DNA from: Candidatus Magasanikiibacteriota bacterium
GTDB lineage: Bacteria > Patescibacteriota > Patescibacteriia > Magasanikbacterales > 2-02-FULL-50-9b
Direction of reading: 5' to 3'
Assembly: GCA_943355025.1 (NCBI GenBank)
Contig: CALRDW010000004.1
Location: 756 to 64,755, forward strand
DNA: 64,000 nt
This document shows positions 38,363 through 51,693 of the stretch, one piece after another. Numbering within the stretch: the stretch's first letter is position 1; every line of letters starts with the position of its first letter. Under the pieces are notes generated by a model. It was given only the letters and a program-made list of their open reading frames with translations, had not been told where the DNA came from and made no database searches. Made by a program: the position numbers and the translations under genes.

Positions 38363-39355
38363 TTATCCGTTTACGAGCATGTCGAGCAGTGCCATTCGAA
38401 CGTACATACCATTTTCCGCCTGGAGAAAAATGACACACCGCGGATCGTCTTCGGCAACAAGCGAGATCTCTCGAACCTCATTATTAATTGGCAACGGATG
38501 CATGAGAATCGCATCGGGACGCATGAGGGCCATCTCCGCTGCATCGATGCAGAAACAATCCTTTTGAATACGCGCGAGTTCTTCCCGCTGTTTTTTTTGC
38601 GTTTCAATATCCTCATGCACAATTCGCTCAAGTTGCAGTCGCGTCCAATACACCGCATGTTGTGCCGGCAAGAGGTTTCGAAAATCCTCTCCAACACACG
38701 TATATTCAGTGCAATGCTCGTCAAGATGCCGTAGAATGTCTGAACCGATCTGCAGTTGCTTCGGCGCAGCAAACGTAATGTGTACATCCTTGTACTTTGA
38801 GAGCAGGTACGCAAGCGAGCGCACCGTCCGCCCATTGAGCAGGTCTCCGCCCATCATTATTTTTACGCCGTCAACGGATCCAAGCTGCTGATGCAACGTA
38901 TAAACGTCGAGCAGCGCTTGTGTCGGATGTTGCCCTGGCCCGTCGCCAGCATTAATCAGATGCGTGCGCGATCCGATTTTATTGAGAAGCAGCGCGCCTT
39001 CTGCGAGCCGTCCTTCTTCTTTGTGGCGCACGACAAGTACGTCGGGCCGATACCCATTAAACATCCGAATCGTGTGGGCGAATGTTTCGCCCTTAACGGT
39101 TGATGACGTAAGCCCCGCGTCAGCAGTGCAAAAAACCGTTGCACCAAGATGGTGCGCACCGTCGACAAACGACGCCATTGTGCGGGTCGACGGCTCATAA
39201 AACAGAACATTGATAAGCCGTCCTTTGAGCCGTTTTTTTAGTTTTTTACTTTCTGCTGGATGCTCCATCATCCGACGAAACTGATCTGCTCGATCAAAGA
39301 TTCGTGCGAGAAACTCTGGTGTGAAATCTTGCGAACGAATTACGTGTCTCTTCAT
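38363..39355 (-). CDS. pyrB: Aspartate carbamoyltransferase catalytic subunit-like
   Basis: YEPSTRTMASF (an STRTR variant), NAGDGPGQHPTQALLD, and the HPLP motif are ATCase signatures rather than OTC signatures. Start chosen at MKRHVIRSQDF (39355). Confidence 0.7.
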   Translation of the reverse strand: MKRHVIRSQDFTPEFLARIFDRADQFRRMMEHPAESKKLKKRLKGRLINVLFYEPSTRTMASFVDGAHHLGATVFCTADAGLTSSTVKGETFAHTIRMFNGYRPDVLVVRHKEEGRLAEGALLLNKIGSRTHLINAGDGPGQHPTQALLDVYTLHQQLGSVDGVKIMMGGDLLNGRTVRSLAYLLSKYKDVHITFAAPKQLQIGSDILRHLDEHCTEYTCVGEDFRNLLPAQHAVYWTRLQLERIVHEDIETQKKQREELARIQKDCFCIDAAEMALMRPDAILMHPLPINNEVREISLVAEDDPRCVIFLQAENGMYVRMALLDMLVNG

Positions 39356-39447
39356 GACCGAATCTCCAGTTGTGTGGGTCCGGATCACGATACAGGAGAT
39401 GCTCCAATTTTGCAATATAGATTTTTGATGTGTAAAATAGAGTTATT

Positions 39448-39987
39448 ATGACAAACGAATTTGCGGTATTTGCCGGCGGATGTTTTTGGTGCACCGAGGC
39501 AGTATATGGGGAGGTGCGCGGAGTTATCGCTGTCACTCCTGGCTATACAGGTGGCACAACAAAAAATCCTACATATAATTCGGTTTGTACAGGCACGACT
39601 GGTCATGCTGAGGCAATTCGTATTGAGTTCGACAGTGACCAGCTCACCTATCGAGATTTATTAGAAATATTTTTTGCAACGCATAACCCAACAACACGCA
39701 ATCGCCAAGGTAACGATGTCGGCGATGAATACCGCTCAGCAATTTTTTACGCAGATGCAGAGCAGCGCCAGCAAGCTGTCCAAATCATACAGGAGCTCAC
39801 CGATCAAAAAGTTTTTTCAAATCCTATTGTGACATGTGTTGTGCCGCTCGACGTATTTTACGAAGCTGAAAACTATCATAAAGATTATTATAAAAAAAAT
39901 ATTGACCAGGGCTACTGCCAGATGGTCATTGCGCCGAAGCTGAAAAAATTTAGAGAAACCTACGCACGACTCTTGAAGACAGGTTGA
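39448..39987 (+). CDS. msrA: Peptide methionine sulfoxide reductase A
   Basis: FAGGCFWCTEAVY active-site motif. Confidence 0.9.
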   Translation: MTNEFAVFAGGCFWCTEAVYGEVRGVIAVTPGYTGGTTKNPTYNSVCTGTTGHAEAIRIEFDSDQLTYRDLLEIFFATHNPTTRNRQGNDVGDEYRSAIFYADAEQRQQAVQIIQELTDQKVFSNPIVTCVVPLDVFYEAENYHKDYYKKNIDQGYCQMVIAPKLKKFRETYARLLKTG

Positions 39988-40012
39988 CAACATGCAATTT
40001 TAAGTACAGAAT

Positions 40013-40903
40013 TTGGACATGGCACACCAAATTCTTCTCTACTATAAATACGTGCATATCGACGACCCCGAAGCCTTTGCTGAGGTGGAACGAAAGCTAT
40101 GTACAGAACTCGGCCTCAAGGGTCGCATTTTAATTGCACACGAAGGAATAAACGGGACAGTCGAAGGGACAGTGGAAACGACCGAAACATACGTGCAAGA
40201 ACTCATGAAAGACGAACGTTTTTCTGATATCCACATTAAGCGCAGTGTCGGAACAGGAGTGGCATTTAAAAAAATGTTTGTGCGCGTTCGAAACGAAATT
40301 GTTGGTACACATTTTGACGCAGATATCAATCCAACAATGGGAACCTCGCCTTATATTTCAGCCGAAGAACTCCATACGCTCATAAGAAGCGGCGAAAAAA
40401 TAAAAATCGTTGACATGCGCAATGATTATGAATTTAAAATTGGACAATTTGAAAATTCAATTTTGCCGTCGCTTTCAAACTCACGCGACCTCCTTGAAAA
40501 AATCAAAGAATTAGAGCCGCTAAAAAATGAACGGATAATTACTGTTTGTACGGGCGGTGTACGCTGCGAAAAAATGTCAGCACTTCTTCTCAAACATGGA
40601 TTTACACATGTGTCGCAGCTGCACGGCGGCATTGTAACGTACATGGAAAAATATCCGAACAAGGATTTCAAAGGAAAGTTATACGTATTTGACGATAGAA
40701 TCTCCATCGGATTCCAAACCGAATCAACCGAACACGAAATAATAGCAAACTGCGAACGCTGCAGCGCTGTTTCAGATAATTATATTAACTGCAACGACAC
40801 TGCATGTCACAAACAGTTTATTTGTTGCGCATCCTGTGTTGAAGCTGGGCATCTGCTGTGTCCAGCAGGCTGCATTAAAAAAATTCGCGCACACAACCAC
40901 TGA
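40013..40903 (+). CDS. trhO: Rhodanese-domain tRNA uridine(34) hydroxylase TrhO (UPF0176/YceA)
   Basis: LYYKYVHIDDPEAFAEVERKLCTELGLKGRILIAHEGINGTVEG at the N-terminus, rhodanese CTGGVRCEK, and a C-terminal Cys cluster. Confidence 0.8.
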   Translation: MDMAHQILLYYKYVHIDDPEAFAEVERKLCTELGLKGRILIAHEGINGTVEGTVETTETYVQELMKDERFSDIHIKRSVGTGVAFKKMFVRVRNEIVGTHFDADINPTMGTSPYISAEELHTLIRSGEKIKIVDMRNDYEFKIGQFENSILPSLSNSRDLLEKIKELEPLKNERIITVCTGGVRCEKMSALLLKHGFTHVSQLHGGIVTYMEKYPNKDFKGKLYVFDDRISIGFQTESTEHEIIANCERCSAVSDNYINCNDTACHKQFICCASCVEAGHLLCPAGCIKKIRAHNH

Positions 40904-40944
40904 TACTTGCGGTGGCCACAGCGGTTTGGTATCATGGCTCCCAT

Positions 40945-41424
40945 ATGGCAAAACCACAACACGGTAATACCGTCAAAATTCATTACACAGGCCGTCTTGA
41001 CGACGACAGCATCTTTGATACATCCCGCGGTCGAGATCCGCTTGAATTCACAATTGGTCAAGGCATGGTAATTCCTGGTTTTGAGGAAGCTGTGCTGCAA
41101 CTCGAACCTGGCGAATCCATAACCGTCAACATTCCTGCAGAAAAAGCATACGGGCAGCGAAATGAAGATATGGCCGCAACGGTAACGCGCGAGCAGTTCC
41201 CTGCGCACCTCACACCAGAGATTGGATCCCAGCTGCAAATTCCTCAGCCTAACGGACAGTCCATGATCGTAACCATCACTGATATTCAGGGAGATGACAT
41301 CACGCTGGACGCGAATCATGCGCTTGCTGGAAAGGATCTCACGTTCGACATAGAACTCGTCGATGTGGCAGCCCTGAAGACATTAGACGATGATGAGGAT
41401 GAAGACACGGAAGACGATGCATAA
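40945..41424 (+). CDS. FKBP-type peptidyl-prolyl isomerase (SlyD-like) with acidic tail
   Basis: VKIHYTGRLDDDSIFDTS ... IPGFEEAVLQLEPGE, an IF-like insert, and a C-terminal DDDEDEDTEDDA tail. Confidence 0.8.
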   Translation: MAKPQHGNTVKIHYTGRLDDDSIFDTSRGRDPLEFTIGQGMVIPGFEEAVLQLEPGESITVNIPAEKAYGQRNEDMAATVTREQFPAHLTPEIGSQLQIPQPNGQSMIVTITDIQGDDITLDANHALAGKDLTFDIELVDVAALKTLDDDEDEDTEDDA

Positions 41425-41431
41425 AAAAATT

Positions 41432-41455
41432 TCGGCCAAGCGGCCGATTTTTTTA
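41432..41455. terminator. Rho-independent terminator between slyD-like and lgt
   Basis: tcggcc aagc ggccga hairpin, flanked by an A-tract and a T-tract. Confidence 0.5.
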
Positions 41456-41477
41456 TCAACACTCTGCAACATGTTGC

Positions 41478-42245
41478 TCAATATGTTTTCTTAAAAAATT
41501 TAAATTTAAACACAAGAAAAATTCCAAAAATAAATAGGGCCGCCATGCCAAATTGCGCCGGAGTAAATCCACCGTAGCGCATGTCAGGCATCGCTGTATC
41601 CGAGGCACGAAAAAAATCAAATGCAAACCGTGTTGGCGCATACAAGAGACAAATCACTGTGATATACATCCCCCGCCGTGGCGAACGCGGCAGCCCCCAA
41701 AATAAAATTCCGATGACAAGCCACACTGCAGACTCTAACAATCCGAGATCAATTCGGCCGCCATCCGGATATGCAACCGCAAAGAACGCCGTACTATGTA
41801 CCCCTGGATGCATGTGCGTTATATAACAACCGAAGCGACCAATAATCCATGCAGCAGGTAGCGCACGACAAATAGAGTCACCAACCCGCGTGATATCGAG
41901 CCTGTGCCGTACGACATACCAAATTGCGGTCAGGGTTCCAACAAAAATACCTCCAAGCGATGAGAGCCCTCCGTTCCACACTGCAATTATTTCAGTTGGA
42001 TGTGCTAAAAAATATGTAGGTTCATAAAAAAATACGTGTGAGAGCCGTGCGCCGACAAATGCTGCTATCAAAACCCAAATGGTCATGTCAAGCAAAGCAT
42101 CAAATGAGATATGACGCGCACGTGCTTCACGACGAAGCATGAACAAAAATCCAAAAATGCCGAGCGCGATAAAAAGACCCCACACGTGGATTGTAAGCGG
42201 GCCTACATAAAACTCATTTCTATCAAAATATGGCAGCATATTCAC
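41478..42245 (-). CDS. lgt: Prolipoprotein diacylglyceryl transferase
   Basis: Multi-TM protein. The N-terminus MNMLPYFD...GPLTIHVWGLFIALG and the Lgt signature region GRFGCYITHMHPG are present. Confidence 0.8.
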   Translation of the reverse strand: MNMLPYFDRNEFYVGPLTIHVWGLFIALGIFGFLFMLRREARARHISFDALLDMTIWVLIAAFVGARLSHVFFYEPTYFLAHPTEIIAVWNGGLSSLGGIFVGTLTAIWYVVRHRLDITRVGDSICRALPAAWIIGRFGCYITHMHPGVHSTAFFAVAYPDGGRIDLGLLESAVWLVIGILFWGLPRSPRRGMYITVICLLYAPTRFAFDFFRASDTAMPDMRYGGFTPAQFGMAALFIFGIFLVFKFKFFKKTY

Positions 42246-43589
42246 TTACAGATCAAGTATTCGTAGCACATCTTCCGGTGTTTCTGCAACAGTGTATAAA
42301 TTAAGGTCCTCTCTCGTAATTGTGTGCTCATGTTCAAACTGATTTTCCTGCATAAATGAAAGCAGTGGCTCCCAGTACCCTTTCCCATACAACACAATCG
42401 GCACGCGTGCAATTTTGCCGGTTTGTATAAGCGTCAAAATCTCAAAACAAACATTTAAAGTTCCATAACCGCCTGGAAAAACGACAAAACCTTTTGTTGG
42501 TGTCGTTAACATTAATTTTCGCGTAAACGGAAAATAAAAACTTTTGCTCTTTGTCATGAAATCGCTTGGTCGATCATGATGCGAGCGTATCGCCTCAATT
42601 CCATATGAGCCGCCACCCATTTCATAGGCTCCCCGATTCGCGGCCTCCATTATTCCAACACCGCCGCCTGTCAGCACGCCAAATTTTTTTCTCGCAACTC
42701 CTTGCGCCAAGTTGTATGCATCTTTATAAAAAGTGCTGCCTGATTTTACTCGCGGAGTTCCCAAAAAAGTAATGACATCACCAATGTCGCGTAAAAATTC
42801 AAAGCCTTCAACAAGCTCCGCCATGATGCGAAACACGCGCCAGTTGACTGCATCATCCGAACAAAATTGTGACGCGTCCAACGCGCATACCTGAAACGAT
42901 TGCTTTGTCTTTTTTATAATTGTCATTGCCTCAGCCGCACTGTCAACAACATGAATCATGGACAAATCCTGTTCTTCCAACGCGTGAATTTGCTCAAAAA
43001 CATTTGTTCGCAAAAATGAAACAACGGGGCTCCAAAATTGTGACCCCATAAGTATTATGGGCGCTACCGAAAGTTGCTTAAAACGCATTTGATCAAGAAC
43101 CTCAAACAGCTCATCCAACGTGCCAAAACCGCCGGGAAAATAAACAAACGCTTGCGACGGAGTTGTAAGCAAAACCTTTCTTGTTAAGAAATAATTGCAG
43201 CCAATAGATTCCTGGACATACGAATTGAGCCGCTGTTCGTTCGGCAACTGAATATTAATGCCAATTGAATTACCACCGGCCTCAAACGCTCCTTTATTTG
43301 CAGCCTCCATAATACCCGGCCCGCCGCCCGTAATAGTTGTATAACCTCCCTTTGCTAATAACTTTCCCAGCTTTACCGCCTCTTGATAAAACGGACTGTT
43401 CGGAAATGTTCGCGCCGAACCAAAAATAGTTACTTGTTTTGAATAGCGTGTTAGAAACTGATATCCTTCGACAAATTCTGACATGATTCGAAAAACTTGC
43501 CACGCTGATTCACGTAAATCGATCGACGCGCCACGCTCGGCACCCATGATAGGTTTTGCAGCATGTCTAAAAGAGCGAGGGGTGGTCAT
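42246..43589 (-). CDS. Tandem LOG-family (TIGR00730, cytokinin riboside 5'-monophosphate phosphoribohydrolase-like) protein
   Basis: Two complete LOG domains. Domain 1 carries GGGPGIMEAAN ... PGGFGTLDELFE. Domain 2 carries GGGVGIMEAAN ... PGGYGTLNVCFE, with Glu replaced by Asn/Val. Confidence 0.75.
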   Translation of the reverse strand: MTTPRSFRHAAKPIMGAERGASIDLRESAWQVFRIMSEFVEGYQFLTRYSKQVTIFGSARTFPNSPFYQEAVKLGKLLAKGGYTTITGGGPGIMEAANKGAFEAGGNSIGINIQLPNEQRLNSYVQESIGCNYFLTRKVLLTTPSQAFVYFPGGFGTLDELFEVLDQMRFKQLSVAPIILMGSQFWSPVVSFLRTNVFEQIHALEEQDLSMIHVVDSAAEAMTIIKKTKQSFQVCALDASQFCSDDAVNWRVFRIMAELVEGFEFLRDIGDVITFLGTPRVKSGSTFYKDAYNLAQGVARKKFGVLTGGGVGIMEAANRGAYEMGGGSYGIEAIRSHHDRPSDFMTKSKSFYFPFTRKLMLTTPTKGFVVFPGGYGTLNVCFEILTLIQTGKIARVPIVLYGKGYWEPLLSFMQENQFEHEHTITREDLNLYTVAETPEDVLRILDL

Positions 43590-45037
43590 AGGCTTGGGTG
43601 ATGTGTGTGCCAGGAAGTTATTTGTTGAAAATGATGTCCTGCGCGGAGCGGCAATTCTTCGCGCATGCGCGGCCCCATAAGTTGCAGGCCAACAGGCATG
43701 CCCTCAACGAATCCGCACGGAACAGAAAGCGCGCATACGCCCGCAAGCGACGCTGGCGTTACAAAAGCATCTGACAAATACATTTTAAGCGGATCACTCG
43801 TTTTGTCGCCAAGCTTAAATGCAATTTCCGGTGCAGTTGGTGTTGCTAGTATATCAACTTTTTCGAAAACTGTATCGAAATCTCGTTTGATAAGTGTTCG
43901 TACCTTCTGCGCTTGCAGATAATAGTCGTCATAATACCCATGCGACAACGCAAATGTTCCGAGCATGATGCGCCGTTTTACTTCCGTTGGAAATCCTTCT
44001 GTACGCGACTGGGCATAGAGCGATAACATCTCCGACTCACCGCGGCGTACGCCATAGCGAATTCCGTCGAGTCGCGCCAAATTCGAACTATCCTCACACG
44101 GCACAATTATATAATATGCGGCAATCGCATATTTAGTATGCGGCATACTGACGGGTACAAGAATCGCGCCTTGAGATTTAAGCGCTTCAAGCGCAGTTAC
44201 GACAGCATCATTAATTGCATCGTCCAGTGTATCCAAAAAATATTCTGCTGGTACGCCAATTTTCAAACCACGAATATCTTTTTTTATTTCTTCTGTGTAT
44301 TTTTGAACAGGTGTGTATGAAGAGGTTGCGTCGAGTGGGTCGGGGCCCGCGATGTGTTCTAAAATGAGTGCAAGATCCTCAGCGGTTTGAGCAAATGGAC
44401 CAACAGTATCAAGTGATGACGCCATAGGCATTGCGCCATAGCGAGATGTGCGGCCATAACTTACTTTGAGCCCTGAGACGCCACAAAAACTCGCGGGCGC
44501 ACGAACAGAGCCGCCGGTATCTTCGCCGATTGAAAATGCACATAAATCTGCCGCGACTCCTACGGCGCTACCTCCGGACGAGCCTCCAGCGACGCGCGAA
44601 ATATCCCACGGATTTTTTACAGCACCGTACATTGAATTTTCATTTGACCCCCCGTGTCCAAACGCATCGCAATTTTGTTTACCAATAATTATGGCCCCCG
44701 ACGCACGCAATTTTTTAACGACTGTTGCGTCGAATGTCGGAACAAATGTATCTAAAATTTTTGCGGCGCCCGTTGAACGAATGCCCTCAGTGTCAATCGC
44801 ATCTTTTACGCCAAACGGAAGTCCTGCGAGTTTAGAAATAATTCCCCCGCGCGCGCGATCCGCATCAATTTTGAGCGCCTCCTGGCGCGCGCGCTCACGA
44901 TCAACCGTAATGAATGAATTAAGCGTTGGATCGAGCCGTTCAATTCGCTCACCAAAATAATCAACGGTTTCTACCGCAGAAATTTTTTTTGTTTGAAGTG
45001 CGTCTGACCACTCAGTCAGTGTTGCAAATGAATTCAT
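43586..45037 (-). CDS. gatA: Glu-tRNA(Gln)/Asp-tRNA(Asn) amidotransferase subunit A
   Basis: Amidase signature GGSSGGSAVGVAADL and the Ser-cisSer-Lys triad region. Confidence 0.9.
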   Translation of the reverse strand: MNSFATLTEWSDALQTKKISAVETVDYFGERIERLDPTLNSFITVDRERARQEALKIDADRARGGIISKLAGLPFGVKDAIDTEGIRSTGAAKILDTFVPTFDATVVKKLRASGAIIIGKQNCDAFGHGGSNENSMYGAVKNPWDISRVAGGSSGGSAVGVAADLCAFSIGEDTGGSVRAPASFCGVSGLKVSYGRTSRYGAMPMASSLDTVGPFAQTAEDLALILEHIAGPDPLDATSSYTPVQKYTEEIKKDIRGLKIGVPAEYFLDTLDDAINDAVVTALEALKSQGAILVPVSMPHTKYAIAAYYIIVPCEDSSNLARLDGIRYGVRRGESEMLSLYAQSRTEGFPTEVKRRIMLGTFALSHGYYDDYYLQAQKVRTLIKRDFDTVFEKVDILATPTAPEIAFKLGDKTSDPLKMYLSDAFVTPASLAGVCALSVPCGFVEGMPVGLQLMGPRMREELPLRAGHHFQQITSWHTHHPSL

Positions 45038-45039
45038 AC

Positions 45040-48163
<3,124 letters not shown>

Positions 48164-48166
48164 ATA

Positions 48167-48652
48167 TTATGGTTTAAGTTCGAGCCCGCTTGGCGTAACT
48201 TGAATTTTTCCTTGGAGCCCGTTAAGACTTCCTTCAAGCGCCGCATCAATTGTATACGTTGTGTTTGGACTTGATGATGTATAGGTATATCCCGGCTGCT
48301 GCGCTGGCTGTGGTTCTGGTGGAACCGGAATTGGGTCAAGATAAATAGTTCCGTTGCCACACGCAGTTCGTGTGTCGGCAAAGCCTGTCGCTGTTCCAGA
48401 ACACAAAACAGTGTAGCCCGGCGTACCAAGAACAACTGGCGCAGGTGCCTGTGGATATCGATTGTTGTTGATAAAATATCTTTCAAGCGCTCCTTGGATT
48501 GTTGATAGATCGCTGTACCGCTGGGCGTCGCGTGAGCGTTCGCGTGCGGTGCCAAGAAGAATCACGCCAACAGTCATAAGGATGGCGATGATTCCAATTA
48601 CGATAAGCAGTTCGAGAAGTGTGACGCTGTGCTGAGAAGATCCGTTTTCCAT
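48167..48652 (-). CDS. Type IV pilin / pseudopilin (class III signal peptide)
   Basis: N-terminal QHSVTLLELLIVIGIIAILMTV is a prepilin cleavage/methylation motif (G/S|F/V-T-L-x-E). The protein is about 160 aa. Confidence 0.75.
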   Translation of the reverse strand: MENGSSQHSVTLLELLIVIGIIAILMTVGVILLGTARERSRDAQRYSDLSTIQGALERYFINNNRYPQAPAPVVLGTPGYTVLCSGTATGFADTRTACGNGTIYLDPIPVPPEPQPAQQPGYTYTSSSPNTTYTIDAALEGSLNGLQGKIQVTPSGLELKP

Positions 48653-48661
48653 ATAATAAAC

Positions 48662-49756
48662 TTAGGAGCTCAAAATAAGGCGCTCCGCGAGGCCGACAGC
48701 AACTGCGAATCTCTGGCCAACGCGATCAAGGACGGGTTTGAGGGCTGGCGGCGTCATAACGCGTGCCCATGGATCGCCCGCAAACGTCTTAATCGAAAAC
48801 TGCGCTTCGATTTTCTTAGCAAGTTGCGGACAGCCTGAGGAACCGCCGGTTAAAATAATTTTATCCGGACGCGTAAGCGAACCAACAGCCGTGTGCCGTA
48901 CATTTTCGAGCACCAGTTCAATCTCTTTGAGGATCGGTCGATACACTGGATCAAGAAGCGTCGCGATCGAGATCTCATCCTCTTCTGAAAGTTCATCGAA
49001 CAAATCAATTTTTGTTGACTCAACTTCTTCCGGTGATTTATTCCAGGCTTTTGAGAGCACTTCATTTATTCTATCACCGCCAATTTCTATAACCACATCA
49101 ACGTTTGGCACGGCACGTGCGATGTAGCTAAAGCTCGTTGTGTGCTGGCCCATATCAATAATCAAAACAGGGCTTGGATCAGTTCCAATCAGCGCTCGAA
49201 TCGTAGCGAACGTTTCTGTTTCAATTGTTTTAAGCTGGAAACCGGCCTTAGAAAAAATTTCCGTATACATTTGAATGGCTGATTTTCGCGCAGCGCTTAC
49301 AAAAACACGATCCGTTTTTTTATAGAGTTCTGCGTCCGCTGACAGGGATTCGATTTTTCGCGTATCGAGCATTGCTTCGGCAAGTGGAAATGGCAACAAC
49401 TTTTCTACTTCGTGCGCAACACTTGCGTTGAGATCTTTTGGATCTGCTTGTGGAATTGTGAGGATGGTTGAGAAAACATCACGCTGAGATAGCGAGGCAA
49501 CGGCTAGTGTTGATTGGGTTTTAGCAGCAGCGGCAACCGCACGAATAGCTGCGGCCGTTTTATCAACGGCAGACTTTCGATCTGCGTCATTTTTTGCGTA
49601 TCGAAAATCAATAGTTTGGTCAGAAAATCCGTAGGTGAAAAGATACGGACGTCCGCCGGACGCGCGCAGCTCAACAAGTTTAATTCCCCCGGATCCAATA
49701 TCAATTCCAACGAACTGTGTGGGCTTAGATTCAAAAAGTGGCATACGTTTGTGCAA
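48662..49756 (-). CDS. pilM: Type IV pilus assembly ATPase-fold protein PilM
   Basis: VGIDIGSGGIKLVEL actin-like phosphate-1 motif, and ILTGGSSGCPQLA. Confidence 0.75.
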   Translation of the reverse strand: MHKRMPLFESKPTQFVGIDIGSGGIKLVELRASGGRPYLFTYGFSDQTIDFRYAKNDADRKSAVDKTAAAIRAVAAAAKTQSTLAVASLSQRDVFSTILTIPQADPKDLNASVAHEVEKLLPFPLAEAMLDTRKIESLSADAELYKKTDRVFVSAARKSAIQMYTEIFSKAGFQLKTIETETFATIRALIGTDPSPVLIIDMGQHTTSFSYIARAVPNVDVVIEIGGDRINEVLSKAWNKSPEEVESTKIDLFDELSEEDEISIATLLDPVYRPILKEIELVLENVRHTAVGSLTRPDKIILTGGSSGCPQLAKKIEAQFSIKTFAGDPWARVMTPPALKPVLDRVGQRFAVAVGLAERLILSS

Positions 49757-49809
49757 AAGTATACCAGACTTTGAACCCGCCGGCGAGTCATGCTAGAATG
49801 TGCATAACT

Positions 49810-51195
49810 ATGCTGAAACTATTTAATACACTTACCCGAGAAAAAGAAGCTTTTAGACCGCTTAAAAAAACGGTTTCATTATATAATTGCGGACCAACGG
49901 TGTATCACGATCAGCATATCGGCAATTTTCGTACCAGTCTTTCCGTTGATTTGCTTAAACGCACGCTTCTCTATTTTGGTTATCCTGTAAAACACATTAC
50001 AAATATTACGGACGTTGGTCATCTTACGAACGACGCAGACGATTCGGGAGAAGACAAAATCGAGGTCGGTGCGCGCCGCGAAGGTTTGACCGCGCGTCAG
50101 GTTGCACGCAAATATGAAAAACAATATAAGCAAGGAATAAAATCTTTAGGTATCATCCCCCCGTTTAAATGGACGCGCGCAACTGAACATATCGCAGAAC
50201 AAATCGCACTGATAAAAAAATTAGAAAAAAAGGGTTACACATATCGAACAGAAGACGGCATTTATTTTGACGCAACGAAATTTAAGAATTATGGTAAGCT
50301 CGCAGGCCTTTCTGCAATGAAGCGTCGACCAGGAATACGCGTCAACCTCGGTGAAAAAAAACATGCGACTGATTTTGCATTATGGAAATTTGCGGCGGCA
50401 GGCACAGCACGTCAAATGGAATGGGAGTCTCCGTGGGGCATCGGCTTTCCTGGTTGGCATATTGAATGTTCTGCAATGGCCATGAAATACTTAGGCGAGA
50501 CAATTGATATCCATTGTGGCGCAATTGATCTTATCCCCGTTCACCACACAAATGAAATTGCCCAATCCGAGGCAGCAACGGGAAAACCGTTTGTGCGACA
50601 CTGGATGCACGGTGCATTTGTAATCGAAGGAAAAGAAAAGATGGCGAAATCGGTTGGGAATATTAAAACGCTTGAGTGGATAGAAGAACAAGGGTGCTCT
50701 CCGCTCGACTATCGGTACCTCACGCTGCAAACGCATTATCGTAAAGAATTACGAGTAACGGCTGAAGCGCTCGTTGCAGCACGAACAGCGCGTGCGCATC
50801 TTATCGCGATGGTGTCTTCGGCTTCGCCCGGCGGCGCACTGATTCCAGAGAAAATAAAAAAGTTTGAAGAGACGCTTCTCGATGACCTCAATGCACCACG
50901 CGGTCTTGCAGTTCTATGGGAAGTCGTGAATGCACCGTACAATTCGGCGGACAAGCGGGCAACAATTCTTGCGTTTGATGCGGTGCTCGGACTTGGACTT
51001 AAGCCAACAGGGCGAGTTTCCACAAAAAAAGAGCTGGCAATTCCTGATGCAGTTAAAAAAATTCTTGGGTCGCGAGAACAATCACGACAGGAAAAAAATT
51101 GGAAGCGTTCTGATGAACTGCGCACGGCTCTTCATGCCGCTGGTTTTGATGTGCTCGATACTGCTGAGGGTCAAAAATTAAAACCTGTGGTATAA
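49810..51195 (+). CDS. cysS: Cysteinyl-tRNA synthetase
   Basis: HIGN (the HIGH motif), KMAKSVGN (the KMSKS motif), and the zinc-ligand Cys (CGPT). Start at MLKLFNTL (49810). Confidence 0.9.
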   Translation: MLKLFNTLTREKEAFRPLKKTVSLYNCGPTVYHDQHIGNFRTSLSVDLLKRTLLYFGYPVKHITNITDVGHLTNDADDSGEDKIEVGARREGLTARQVARKYEKQYKQGIKSLGIIPPFKWTRATEHIAEQIALIKKLEKKGYTYRTEDGIYFDATKFKNYGKLAGLSAMKRRPGIRVNLGEKKHATDFALWKFAAAGTARQMEWESPWGIGFPGWHIECSAMAMKYLGETIDIHCGAIDLIPVHHTNEIAQSEAATGKPFVRHWMHGAFVIEGKEKMAKSVGNIKTLEWIEEQGCSPLDYRYLTLQTHYRKELRVTAEALVAARTARAHLIAMVSSASPGGALIPEKIKKFEETLLDDLNAPRGLAVLWEVVNAPYNSADKRATILAFDAVLGLGLKPTGRVSTKKELAIPDAVKKILGSREQSRQEKNWKRSDELRTALHAAGFDVLDTAEGQKLKPVV

Positions 51196-51207
51196 TTCTG
51201 CGCATGT

Positions 51208-51693
51208 ATGCCACAAGAAATTACACCAGGATTTTCACCAGAAAATTTACAATCGATTGACCAGACACTCGACGCTGGATCTGAATCCGCGGGTGGTGTT
51301 GAATCTGCGGCGGAAAAAATCGTCGAACAATCGGTTCCCGTTGCACCGATTGCAGCTCCCTTGCCTGCGCCTGTTCCAGTCAAATCGTCTCCTGCCACAG
51401 ATTCGATTTCAAAAGACGTTGAATCCGTGCTTTCGGAAAATATCGCGAGTATTTACAAAAATCTACCCGCGGATAGAAAAAAAGCGTTCAAACTTAAGGG
51501 CGAGCAAATTACAGATCAGATCGTCCACATGATCCGCAGCGGTATTTTACAAGTTAAAAAAATTCTCGGCATTATCCGAGATTGGCTTGAAATGATCCCG
51601 GGTGTGAATGCGTTTTTTCTCGAACAGGAAGCGAAAATTAAAACAGATAAAATTCAAGAACTATTCGATCGTGAACACGCGTCAGCAGTATGA
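51208..51693 (+). CDS. Hypothetical protein, Pro/Ala-rich N-terminus
   Basis: 161 aa. The N-terminal half is low-complexity (PVAPIAAPLPAPVPV). The C-terminal half is helical. It overlaps the downstream ATPase by 4 nt. Confidence 0.5.
   Translation: MPQEITPGFSPENLQSIDQTLDAGSESAGGVESAAEKIVEQSVPVAPIAAPLPAPVPVKSSPATDSISKDVESVLSENIASIYKNLPADRKKAFKLKGEQITDQIVHMIRSGILQVKKILGIIRDWLEMIPGVNAFFLEQEAKIKTDKIQELFDREHASAV

Noticed and set aside
38371-38835. 154-aa minus-strand ORF and 124-aa plus-strand ORF overlapping pyrB
   Set aside because: Alternative frames of a conserved ATCase-like CDS.
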